From: Octopus vulgaris
Lineage: Eukaryota
DNA length: 64,000 bases
NCBI GenBank assembly: GCA_951406725.2
Contig: OX597829.1
Location: 33,852,001-33,916,000 of the forward strand
Direction: 5' to 3'
The notes under the pieces were generated by a model that did no database searches, had not been told where the DNA came from, and saw only the letters and a list, made by a program, of their open reading frames with translations. The translations under genes and the position numbers were made by a program. Below are positions 52,947 through 64,000 of the stretch, one piece after another. The number at the start of each line of letters is the position of its first letter. Position 1 is the stretch's first letter.

Positions 52947-53552
52947 GCGCGTGTGCTGGCTTGCATTGAGCTATTTGATAAGGTCCAACAGGTTAGAAAA
53001 ATTTATTTCATAACACTAACTACTTTATTGAGAGTACTAGGTACTTTTTGTCATGACACCAGTATTAGCAAGCACCTTGCAACTGACAATGTTAATGAGA
53101 CTGTGATGTAAGAGAATAAGAGTGGGTTGGAGGTGATTTTTAGGCTAGGTGATGAAAAGAACAGACTTATTAATTTGGCAGGGTAGTACTGGAGAGATAA
53201 CTAAGCAAACAATGTTGGGAAAGAAAGTATGAAAGGGAAGGGATGAGGAAAGAAATTTGTATCAAGTGTTAATGAGAGAGGTACAGAAAGGGGGTAAGTT
53301 GTATAAGGAAGGCTTCAGGATAATGATGAATATGAGCAGAAGGTGTGGTTGGACAGCTAAATGAAAGGAAGAAAAAGGAAAGGTGTATGAGTTTAAGAAA
53401 TTTGTTTCAGAACCACTTGGTTAGAGGTTGCTGGTTGGATGGCATTCTATACTATAGCCACAGGTTGACCAATGCTTGGTGACGGAAATTGGTAGGCAGC
53501 AACCTGCTATGTGTGTGTGAGTCATTATAATCGTATTATTTTGCATATCTTA

Positions 53553-54160
53553 TTAACCTTTTCGTTACTGTATTTCTAACCAAAATACATTCCTTATGTG
53601 TTTCAATTAAATTTTACTATAATCATGTATTTAGACTGGTTTCATAAAACTATTGTAACTTTTTTTTTATATATCAACATATGATGATGACTAATGTGAT
53701 TTTTGGAATACAATTTAACAAAAGGTTCTTGACTAAATCTATTTCATAATTTTTGTCTGAAAGTGAATCTAAATACATGTAAATTAAACAAAATATAAAA
53801 TTATTTAAATTCTGTTTACACATCAGCATAGAAAATTATTAGAAAGTTATTAGCTAATATTCAGTTAGTATACGATAAATTTTAATATAGAAAAATTGTG
53901 CACTTAATGCACATAAGACAGGTGTACCATAAAAGTAAAACAGAACAAAAACTGGAAGTTGTCTTTGAAGCATACTAGAAAATGAAATACATGGTAATAA
54001 CTAAATGAAAACTCACATTCATGCATAAATACACAGAAACACATATTATAATGATTCATAATACAAATTAATCAAAATTTGTCATCTTACAGCTAAATAG
54101 AAATAGAAAGTGAGGTAATTTGAAAAAGAAATATTTATAAACCAAAATTCTCACTGACAT
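53553..54160. mobile_element. Second, truncated copy of the TTAA-type element
   Basis: Same-orientation similarity to 49701-50130, e.g. GACAGGTGTACCATAAA and ATACAAATTAATCAAAATTTGTCA. Confidence 0.65.
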
Positions 54161-55059
54161 ACACACACACTTTTTCTCTCTGTCTCTCACTCTGTCTGTC
54201 TGTCTCTCTGTCTCTCTCTCTCTCTCTCTCTGTATATATATATATATATCTTTTAAAATGCTTGAGTTTCTTACTTTCTTCCAAGTATGTGAGAAACCTC
54301 AAGCTATCTTTTTTTGTTTATATTCTGCATAGCAATTTGTTTCTGCAGGAATCACTTCAAAAGGAAAGTGTCTAGGTCTAATATCTTACTAAATTAACTA
54401 ACAAGTTTTTAAATTCGTACTATTTTCAGGTACAAACTTCTTTTTTTGTTTTTTGCATTTTTTTTTTCTATTGGAACTGTTGTCAGAATTGTTTCACTTC
54501 TGGATATAGAAGTGTCCAATTCATAATCACTCATGTTTTATGTTTGTATGTTTGCTTTATATTTATGCAGATTTTTCTGTCTTCTTTCAAAAATACTTAG
54601 AATTCAAACTCCCTGCTTGATAACATGAAACTGATATCCGTTTTTTGTCTATAGTGTAACATTTTAGAAAATCAAAGTAGGGAAAAAAATGGAGGAAAAA
54701 ATCTTCCAAAACTCACAACAATCATGACAGGCAATGTAACTCAATTGTTTACATAGTTAAATTACATGATTTCATGAAGGTATTAACGAGATTAGTGCTG
54801 AAATTCTCATTTAAATATGACTAGTTTATTTTGGCTGTTTTCAGTCAGACGAGTTAAAGAAAATTTAATACATGTTATTGCATAAATATTTTTTCAGCAT
54901 TTCATTGCCTGTAATTAGTAGCATACATTTTATAATGAGTAGGTTATACATATGAATAAATGCAGTACTTAGACGTTCTATTTAATATAAGTTGTCATCT
55001 GCCACCCCGCCCCCTCTCTTTGGATATCTTGTCAAATTTTATTTTACCTTGTTATCCAG

Positions 55060-55207
55060 GTCTCCCGAATACAAAACTTGGAATATATCTAGAGAATCGT
55101 GTAAATAATTTCCTTAAGAATAAAGATGCTGGTGCTGGAGAAGTTACTATCAGAGTTTTGTCAAGTTCTGATAAAACAGTTGAGGTGAAACAAGGAATGA
55201 AAAGCAG
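55060..55207 (+). CDS. CREBBP: CBP/p300 exon, HAT start (148 nt)
   Basis: RLPNTKLGIYLENRVNNFLKNKDAGAGEVTIRVLSSSDKTVEVKQGMKSR. Confidence 0.96.
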
Positions 55208-55314
55208 GTAGGTAATAGTTTAATCTTCTACATGATTGATTGATTCTAGTTTCAGCTTATGAGCTGTGGCCATCAGTAATTTATTTTTTATTTTGTGTTT
55301 TAAACATTGTATAA

Positions 55315-55460
55315 ATAATATAGAATTCAGATTACTCTCAAATGTAATGCTTATTCACCATGCATTATTTCATTGCTTCAAAATTTCCATATGATTGTTT
55401 ATTCCTTGAAGAATACATGTGATAGGCCAGATATGGCAGACTTAAATGCTAAAGGGTTAA
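55315..55460. mobile_element. Short TTAA-type MITE remnant
   Basis: Ends TAAATGCTAAAGGGTTAA; left end degraded (TAGAATTCAGA). Confidence 0.4.
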
Positions 55461-55485
55461 TTGAACTTCCTTTCATTTTTTATAG

Positions 55486-55626
55486 ATTTGGAGATGAAAT
55501 GCCAGATAGTTTTCCATACAGAGCAAAAGCAATGTTTGCTTTTGAAGAAATAGATAATGTAGATGTGTGTTTTTTTGGGATGCATGTACAGGAATACGGC
55601 TCAGATTGTAATCAGCCAAACACAAG
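55486..55626 (+). CDS. CREBBP: CBP/p300 exon, HAT (141 nt)
   Basis: FGDEMPDSFPYRAKAMFAFEEIDNVDVCFFGMHVQEYGSDCNQPNTR. Confidence 0.97.
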
Positions 55627-55989
55627 GTATGAATTTTTTGTGTGTTGGTTTAACACTACCTCAAATTCCAAAATAAATGTGAAATTAAATTTTCGTGAAA
55701 CAGCTTTCTTCTTTAAAAAAATGTATGTAAAGCAACTTAACAGAAGAGATTCTTTCATAAATTCATTATAATATTTTTGTCGCAAAACTACTACTTCACA
55801 TAGTTAAAATTGATGAACTGTACAAATTATATTATTTTTCTATAAATATCACTATAAAATGAGTATTAAGTAACCTGAGATAAATAACAGAATTGCAAGG
55901 TAGGACTTTAGATAAAAATTGTGCACATTATTTTATCATTTGAACATGAGTAGCATATAAATCAGGTAAGCATAGAGATAAAATTAAGG

Positions 55990-56076
55990 CATTTGCCCAA
56001 GGTGCCATGCAGTGGGACTAAACCTGGAACCATGTGGTTGAGAAGCAAACTTCTTGCAACATAGCCATACCTGCAC
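55990..56076 (-). mobile_element. SINE family A head
   Basis: TTGCCCAAGGTGCCATGCAGTGGGACT..GAACCATGTGGTTG matches 41880-41955. Confidence 0.75.
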
Positions 56077-56643
56077 TTCATATTGTAGCACAATATACAC
56101 AAATTTCATACAGGCACAGTTTTCCTATTCTTTTATTACATTTTCCATAGCAATTAGTCATTCTGTGGAGCACTTAAAATTGGTATAGTCAAAGGCTTTT
56201 GAATCACAAAGAAGACTATGATAGTGATGGAGGAAACTCAGTTTCTCAATAATTTGGAAGATAGATGAGCAAACATATTTCATGCTACAAGAATGCTAAC
56301 TATATTTGTTGGATGTATGTTGATATTTTGATTTTAAAATGATGAAGTAAAACTAGATATTTTGGTGGTGAAGGACTAATAAATTCAATAATTTACGTGC
56401 CCTCAGCTATTTCTTTTTAAAGTGCTGTCAATTTTGTGTTTCTTTTCAGGTTATGCACAGTAGTTCATTATACTGTTTGTTTTTTTAAGCCTAAATTTAT
56501 GCTAATTCTGTTCAAGCTTCTTGCCTAAAAAAATTGGTACAGTTTATAAATGTATTAATATAACACTTTTTTTTATTAAGTATTAGCAATATTTTGTATG
56601 ATACTATGATATTATTAAAGTGAAAATTCTATTTTTACTACAG

Positions 56644-56923
56644 ACGTGTGTATATATCATATTTGGATAGCGTTCACTTTTTCCAACCAAGATCTCTCAG
56701 GACGGCTGTTTATCATGAAATTCTAATTGCTTATTTGGAATATGTTAGGCGATTAGGATACACAATGGCTCACATTTGGGCTTGTCCCCCTAGTGAAGGA
56801 GATGATTACATTTTTCACTGCCATCCTCCGGAACAAAAGATCCCTAAACCAAAACGGCTTCAAGAGTGGTATAAAAAAATGTTGGATAAGGCTATAATAG
56901 AGCGTGTTGTGATTGATTATAAG
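56644..56923 (+). CDS. CREBBP: CBP/p300 exon, HAT catalytic core (280 nt)
   Basis: RVYISYLDSVHFF..HIWACPPSEGDDYIFHCHP..KRLQEWYKKMLDK..IDYK. Confidence 0.98.
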
Positions 56924-57035
56924 GTAATTGCTTTGAATATCAGTCTTTTATTTATTTGATATTGTATTAATTTCTGCTTCAAAACAACTTTTAATGTTGA
57001 AAAAATTTTAACAAATTTCGTTATTTACATTTTAG

Positions 57036-57239
57036 GACATTTTAAAAGATGCAGTAGAAAACAACCTTACAAGTGCAACTGAGATGCCATATTTTGAAGG
57101 AGATTTTTGGCCTAATGTTCTGGAGGAGAGCATCAAGGAGCTGGACCAAGAAGAAGAAGAAAAACGTAAAAGAGAGGAAGCTGAAGCTGCTGCAGCTGAA
57201 GAGGCTGCTGAACAGGGCGATGGAGAAGAAGCCGGCCAA
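57036..57239 (+). CDS. CREBBP: CBP/p300 exon, HAT with catalytic Tyr and start of the autoinhibitory loop (alternative donor after 57248)
   Basis: DILKDAVENNLTSATEMPYFEGDFWPNVLEESIKELDQEEEEKRKREE..EEAGQ. Confidence 0.95.
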
Positions 57240-59299
57240 GTATGTTCAGTAAGAGATTAAGAGTTATTCCATTATTCTTTCTTTTTTCTCTACTCATATA
57301 TTTGTACCAGCGTAAGTAAATTTTTTGTGTGAAGTGAATTATGTTTTTATGCCTGCCTTGTATTAAAAACTACAAAACAAACATTAACAAAAAACTCAGC
57401 AAGGTCTTGAGCTAGTTATCTAGGCTTATTCAAACATCTAGCTGGTGAAGTCAAATCTATATTGCTAAAGAAATAAAGAGTAACTGCAAAATCAACTTCA
57501 CAGTTGATTGTACACATACAATCCGCCATAGAAACACCAGTGAAAAACATGAAAAAAGTATTTGTATGCAGCTTGGGAGATAAGTCAGGTCTACCTGACA
57601 AGTTCATGATTTGGAAAGCCCAAATGGATTTTGTCTACTGTTGGTCTATAAGGTCCAGATATCCATCATCAAGGGCTTTCACAAAAGGGTCAGCAGATTC
57701 CTACTGATTTGGCTGGGACTGCCTTGATGCCTGAGCAACATTAACAAAAAGTCAAAGCTTCTTACTAGCCACATGGAATAATTTGTAGTGACTTGTGCCA
57801 GAGAGATACTGAAATACCAAGTCTCAGGCTGATGTCAAGATTAGAACCAAAAGAAAAAGCAATAGGAGATGTAGATGCTATATTATATGTACCTAAGGCG
57901 CTAACTTCTCGTGGGTTTAGTGCTTTGTAACATTGGTGTTGCACATAAACAAAGGTCACACATATTCATGCTTCAACATTTGAAGTCATGGAATAAATTA
58001 CCTTATTTGGAAACAAACAAGTTAGTTTCAACAAAGGCACTCAACTGTAGAGTGCTGCTTCATTATACATACTTGTAAGGGAAAAGTAGCTTTAGAAATG
58101 AGTAAATTGAGATTTTTACGTTGTAAGTGTGCCTATATGATGTTAGTCTTTTAGAAATTAAGCAATCTTTAACAAAAAAAGAACAAAGCCTTTGCTAGTA
58201 TGTGGGCCCTTTAACAGCTGACCATTTGGTAGTAATTGTTTATCCATTGCAAGTAGCACTTTTGCTTATCTAGGAGAGGTTTGCTAAAACTATAGGTAAA
58301 GAGCTAAGAACATAAATAGTAAAACTTAAGGATCACCAAATTAGTGTCATTAGTATTTATTTTTAATCTCTTGTATATTGTCCAAATTTCAGAAACATTC
58401 ATCTATATATATTCTGAATATTATCATGTAACAAAAGCAAGTATTGTGAATGGGCTATTCATGCACAAGTATAAACATGATCCAGCAAATATTAACATTT
58501 GAACTGTAAAATTAAACACTATGTTAGGACCTCTAAGTATTTAAGTTTGTGAACAATTTTGTGTGTATCACTGCCTTTGCATGCAACTCAAATTTTTGCT
58601 AAAATTTTTCAGCAAGTGTACATGTGCATAAAATTTTTTTTTAAAACCATCAGTGGTAGAGCCAGTATTTGTTTGCATAACTAATCTATATCTAATTTAT
58701 ATACAGCATTAACCCTTGCACACTGTGAATCTAGGTGAATCCACCTAAATCAAAATGCTCATAAAGTTCTGAATTCTCTAATCTAAGGGAGAAAACTGAA
58801 ATCCCTTTATCATTTATTTACATTGTTTTGTTTGCTGTTAAAATTTGATGCACATGCTACAGGAGTTTTGCTGTTTTGGAAATGTTTTTTTTTCAGCAGA
58901 GTGTTCTTGTATTCTTGGGTAAGTTGTTTCTGAAGAGTAAATGTTATTTCTAAAGAGAGTAACTCAGTTTGCCTGTAAATTTCATAATCTACTAATAAAT
59001 AAATATTTCATAATGAAAATGTGCAAAAAGGTGAGGGGAGTTTTATCTCTGTTTATACTAACACTTTTTTTTATTTTATTTTAAGAATAGGACAATTTTA
59101 TTTTTAGTAACTATACTTTCAGAACAGTTTCCTCCACCAATAATTAAGTCACTTCAGTAACAGAAACTATCTATTATACTGGTGCATCTATCTAGCAAAA
59201 ATGACCATGAGAACAGGCTGGAGAAAGTTCAGAGAGCTTTTACTGGCATCAAAAGTTTTCTCTTTCAAGGTGAAAGATAAATTGTATGATGCTTTGGAA

Positions 59300-59331
59300 C
59301 AGTGGTCCTCAACTTTTTTCACCTTCGGGCT

Positions 59332-59377
<46 letters not shown>

Positions 59378-60899
59378 AAAAAAAAAAAAACAGGCCCACT
59401 GACCTCTAAACCAGTTATCCAACCTTCTTTCGGAATATAAACCCCATAAAGTAGTAATTGTTTCCACATGCAGCTTCATATGCAGGCACAATCACAATCG
59501 CTAATTAAATACATCAGTGTTATAATACCTTCTTGTTTATGGAACCTGCAAGCAAAAAAGCCCATCTAAGAATGGAAGAAAAGTACATTTACATTTTTAT
59601 TTTATAACAATTGAAGAAGCAATTTAATGGCTACATTGTGGTTGGTGTTTTTCAGTGAGGTTATCAATTTGAATTTCAAAGGACCGGTTCAACTTGAGGT
59701 GCAAATCTCCTCTTTTCACAATTCAAAAAAAGAACACTTGGTTCTTTTTTTGGGTGGGGTGGTGAAGTAAAAATGTCGCTCACTGCAGAAAATCCAGCTT
59801 CGACTAACCAGGATGTTAGAAAGCAGAGGCGGAACGGGTTTGTGTTGTAAATGCTGTCTTTACATGTAGCCGGCCATGAAGACCGTCTCTATTCAACTTT
59901 GTCATTAAGGTTGCATTCTCCTTAAGATCAAGACCAGCTGCAAGTTAGGGATTAAGATCTTGATCGCTAATGACATCATGATGATGAAGGTAAAAAAGCT
60001 ACTTTGGTGACTTCTAGTCGAGTTTATCCTGGAAGTGTCTTCTCGTTCCATTTGCAAACTCTTCAAATGGCTGACACAGCTGATGATGGTTGTTTTAACA
60101 AGATGACTGAAAAAAGCAAATTCACCCCTTTGAAGCTGAATTACCCATAAACCAAGCCTGTTTATGAAAGACCATATCTTTTCAGTACAATCCACTATCA
60201 TTGCACTGCATCCTTGAATCAATTTATTTAAAGGCATTGACCTGCGAAAAAATGTTGGCATGATAGAAAATTCTTGCCTTTGTGTTGAGATCATTCACAA
60301 CTTCAAGCAGGAAGTTTGCTTCTGCTGGCTTGCTTGAAGTTGCATGTTCTCAAGGAAAAGCAGAAGTGTATTGCACATTTGTACAAGGCGTGAGAGACAA
60401 TCGCCTTTTGACAGCCATCGAACTTTGGTATGTAACAGAAGCTTTTGGTTCTCCTCAATTTCGCAGAGTTGTGAAAATAGCCTTTTGTTAAAAGCTTTGG
60501 CTTCGACAAAATTGACAGATGAAATCGCTTATTGGAAGGCACTCTCTATTTCACTATTGACTGATTTAGCAGCAAGGTGTTGTTAATGGATGATGCAATG
60601 GGTTGACAAGACATGGTGGTGGTGGGTTCTTTCAGTTTCATTATAAATCTATTGTGTCTACCTGTCATTGCACCATCCATAGCAATTTGCAGCAGATTCA
60701 ATAATGGGATTTCTTTTTCTTCAAAATAAGATTTGATGACTTCAAATATAGTCTCACTCTTTGTATCAGTTAATGCTTTCATAAAGAACATTTCTTCTCA
60801 TACAGTCAGTTCTTCAATAAAGTGAACAGCTAGAAAATTTCCAAGGCCCTCTCAAAAGGCACCCTCAAAATTTAAGCCCACTAATGTTGAGAACCACTG
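59300..60899 (-). mobile_element. hAT (Charlie/Buster-like) transposon, internally deleted, with both TIRs and an 8-bp TSD
   Basis: TIRs CAGTGGTCCTCAAC and GTTGAGAACCACTG; TSD CTTTGGAA/CTTTAGAA; transposase remnants MDGAMTG, HCIIH, VRWLSKG, LVEAGFSA. Confidence 0.9.
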
Positions 60900-61299
60900 C
60901 TTTAGAATACAGAATATTTGCAAAGACTAGAAAGAATAGTTGTGAGCTTGAACAATATACTTCAAATATGTTGAGAGAAAATTAGCAATTAAAGGAATCA
61001 AATGAGGCTGCACCAGTGTGAATAAGGACAGTTGCATAAAGCAGTGCTGATCACTTAAGGAGGTGTTTGAAAGAGCCAGGAAGACATTGGCAGTAGTAAT
61101 AGACTGTTCTTGAGGCTTTCAAAGAGGAGATAACAAAAGATCAGGATGACTGGAGAAATGCAGTACTTAAGAAGACTCACCCATCTTGGTGAAGATAAGA
61201 TTCTAGAAATACAGTGTGTGTGTCCTTTCATTTCAGTCTCTGAATATATACTCAGTATAAATATTGGTAGGTTTGACGATAACACATCCTTCCCTTACT

Positions 61300-61535
61300 C
61301 CTCTTTTGATCTATGTTGGTTCTGAAAATTCACAGTCTATTTTGATGGCTGCCTTTTGGTGTCAGTTAACACAAATGATGTTGATCTGACTTGACAGAAT
61401 ATGGCATTTCTTGCACCTCTGTTGGTCCCAAATCCACCTTGCTCCTCACTGACTTCTGCACTCACTTTTTTAATCTTCCTAGTATGACTAAGAAATATTT
61501 TAAGAGCATGAAACACAAGATAAGTAGTCCTCTGT
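61300..61535 (-). mobile_element. Old RTE-like RT fragment
   Basis: VSEEQGGFGTNRGARNAIF resembles the QxGFRxxRxTxDAIF motif. Confidence 0.5.
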
Positions 61536-62419
61536 GTGTGTGTGCGTGCATACATCCATGTACATATATATATGATAGCAGGTTCTTCACATCCTCAAGT
61601 GGCTGTGTAAACATTCCTGGTACTGTAGGGCTTTAAGCAAGAATCAGTCTGCATAATCTGATCCCACTCTTACAACTTAGAGGTCTGACCACAGTAGTTT
61701 AGCAGGCTAAAATGGCTGCAGTGAATTGCTTTACAGGGTTGGAGTTGCTGGAAAGGTGTCAAAGAGGGCACTGGACAGCTTGTCGATGTGATGTGATCTG
61801 AGAACTTTGTTTCACAAGATCTCTGCTCAGCTGTTAGTCTGGGATTGTGAAAAATACACATCATGGATAGTTCAACAAACTGGGCTTCTCTCCAACCTGA
61901 GAAAAGTGTTGGCCTCCTTTTGGGAGATACATTTAATGGGACCCTCTTTCAGTACACGAGTTAGTTAACTAAGTCACCTACTATGAGAACATGACTTATG
62001 TCCACATACACAACATATCAAGTGGAAGGATTCCAAAAGACCTGTTGTTAATCTGCAAGAAAGATTTAAAATTTCTTTATACAGTCTTTATAAGGTGGGA
62101 GGAGGTTGCTAGTGATCACTCTCTTTGGAACATGCACTAAGCAGGAATTTGATATATGAGGAAAGCCTGAAACCTGCTAATGAAGGCAAGACAATTTGAC
62201 TAGGGAGATTGACAGGCACTGCCTTCAAATGCTGTTTCTAGTCACAATCCATGGTCAAGATTTATGACATCAAGTGAGCATGTATAAATGTCTGCATATA
62301 TTTAGATATTCATTCACTCGTACTCTTATATCTTATTTGTATGTCCCGAAGTTGTTAACTTGCCACTCATCTTTACAGATTACCATTAATTATTAAAATA
62401 TTTGTAGTCATCGTTTCAG

Positions 62420-62578
62420 AATGGCCAGGGCAAAAAGAAGGGCCAGAAAAGTGGTCGAAATAAAAAAGCCAATAAAAATAAAAGCAACCAACGGAAAAAT
62501 AATAAGAAAACAAATCTTCCTCATGGTGGAAATGATCTCTCAGCAAAGTTATATTCCACTATGGAAAAACACAAGGAA
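62420..62578 (+). CDS. CREBBP: CBP/p300 exon, Lys-rich autoinhibitory loop (alternative in-frame acceptor at 62408)
   Basis: NGQGKKKGQKSGRNKKANKNKSNQRKNNKKTNLPHGGNDLSAKLYSTMEKHKE; donor GAA|GTATGT. Confidence 0.93.
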
Positions 62579-62729
62579 GTATGTAATCACGTTTATTTCA
62601 TTATAAAACATAATTGACATATCTGAATTTATCTTATTTTCATAACTTAGAAAATTAATTCAGTTTTTTTTTTCTTTTTCTTTTTCTTTTTGTAATTTTT
62701 ATTAATTTAATTTATATATTAAATTTCAG

Positions 62730-63011
62730 GTCTTTTTTGTCATCCGTCTTCACTCAGTGCAGTCAGCAGGGAGCTTACCCCATATTGAAGACCCAGATCC
62801 CTTAATTTCTTGTGATTTAATGGATGGTCGGGATGCATTTCTCACTATTGCTAGGGAAAAACATTATGAATTTTCTTCTTTACGAAGAGCCAAATATTCA
62901 TCAATGGCTTTACTTTATGAACTGCATAATCAGGGAAGAGACAGCTTTGCCTATAATTGTAATCACTGCAAGTCTCTTGTTGAAACACGGTACCATTGTT
63001 CACAGTGTGAT
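62730..63011 (+). CDS. CREBBP: CBP/p300 exon, HAT end and ZZ start (282 nt)
   Basis: VFFVIRLH..CDLMDGRDAFLTIAREKHYEFSSLRRAK..CNHCKSLVETRYHCSQCD. Confidence 0.97.
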
Positions 63012-63333
63012 GTAAGTAAAAAAAATTTTTTAAATATGCTATTACTTGGAAATGAAAATATAGTATCTAATTTAGTAGTCTTACTGTACTTGAACTATCT
63101 AGTACTTATTTGTCTATAGTTTATTTAAAATATGTATCAGTAATAGGCCAAAAGTAATTGTATTAGGAATATTAGTATTATACAAACAGCTCTATATTTT
63201 TATACCTCAGTTAGTTTTTACTGGAACCCTGTTTAGCTTTGATATTGCTAACAATTAAAAATTACAAAATCGAGATTGATTTATATTTGTACATAAATGA
63301 TTATAAAATATTTTTTCTTTTTTAATCTTGCAG

Positions 63334-64000
63334 GATTTTGATCTTTGTGTTCCTTGTTATGAAAAAGAAGGTCATCCTCATAAAATGGATAAACTTGGAT
63401 TTGACCTTGATGATGGAGCTACTTCAGCAGAAAAGCAAGAAAATCCTCAGGAATGTCGACGGCAGTCTGTTCAAAGATGTATTCAGTCTATTATTCATGC
63501 ATATCAGTGTAGAGATGCTAATTGTAGACTGGCAAATTGTCAGAGAATGAAACGTGTTGTAGCACACACAAAAATATGTAAACGGAAAACTACTGGTGGT
63601 TGTCCCATTTGCAAACAGTTGCTAGCACTTTGCTGCTACCATGCAAAACATTGTACAGAAAATAAATGCCCGGCTCCATTCTGTTTCCAAATTAAACATA
63701 AATTAACACAGCAGCAATTACAACAAAGACTGCAACAAGCACGAATGATTAGGCGGCGCATGGAAACTATGTCTCAACGGAACTCTAATAGTAATAATGT
63801 TCAGCCTATGCCTCAGCAGCCACAAATACCTCCTTTTGGGGGGAAACCTCAGGGGCCACCCCCAGGTGCTATGCAAGCTGCTCGTCAGGCTCAAGAAGCT
63901 GCACAGCGACAAGCTGTTTCTTTAGGTAAGCCATCAGGACCTATTAATAATTTACCACCACAGGCGAAAATGCAGGCTATGCAACCAAAACCAATGAACC
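63334..64000 (+). CDS. CREBBP: CBP/p300 exon, ZZ end, TAZ2 and Q/P-rich region; runs off the window
   Basis: DFDLCVPCY..QRCIQSIIHAYQCRDANCRLANCQRMKRVV..GGCPICKQLLALCCYHAKHC; no stop before 64000. Confidence 0.96.

Noticed and set aside
57042-57239. Antisense or off-frame ORFs over CBP exons (also 20898-21215, 62421-62606, 63338-63550, 63718-63912)
   Set aside because: Shadows of the true CBP reading frame.

Overview
AT-rich animal genomic DNA, not prokaryotic. The repeat landscape (dense (TA)n/(CA)n tracts, RTE and CR1-like LINEs, Penelope-like elements, tRNA-derived SINEs) suggests an octopus or other coleoid cephalopod; this is an inference. The only host gene is the 3' half of a CBP/p300 acetyltransferase on the + strand. 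Sixteen GT-AG exons from 20140 to the window end splice into one open frame: Q/P-rich linker, bromodomain, RING, PHD, HAT, ZZ, TAZ2. Bases 1-20139 appear to be one large intron, and the other introns reach 17.7 kb. Introns hold LINE, SINE, Penelope, Tc1/mariner, hAT and TTAA-type elements; most ORF-track entries are microsatellite or antisense artefacts. Best leads: (1) hammerhead-ribozyme-like motifs, one near-complete at 1842-1904; (2) an array of ~61-nt hairpin/pseudoknot units in the 3' UTR of a young RTE LINE whose ORF also carries a PHD finger; (3) a candidate in-frame 57-nt alternative exon in the RING region; (4) in-frame tandem splice sites in the HAT autoinhibitory loop; (5) three TAZ2 codons one A>G away from the conserved residue; (6) a self-templated insertion and several fold-back inversions. 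All of this was read by eye, and comparisons with human CBP are from memory.
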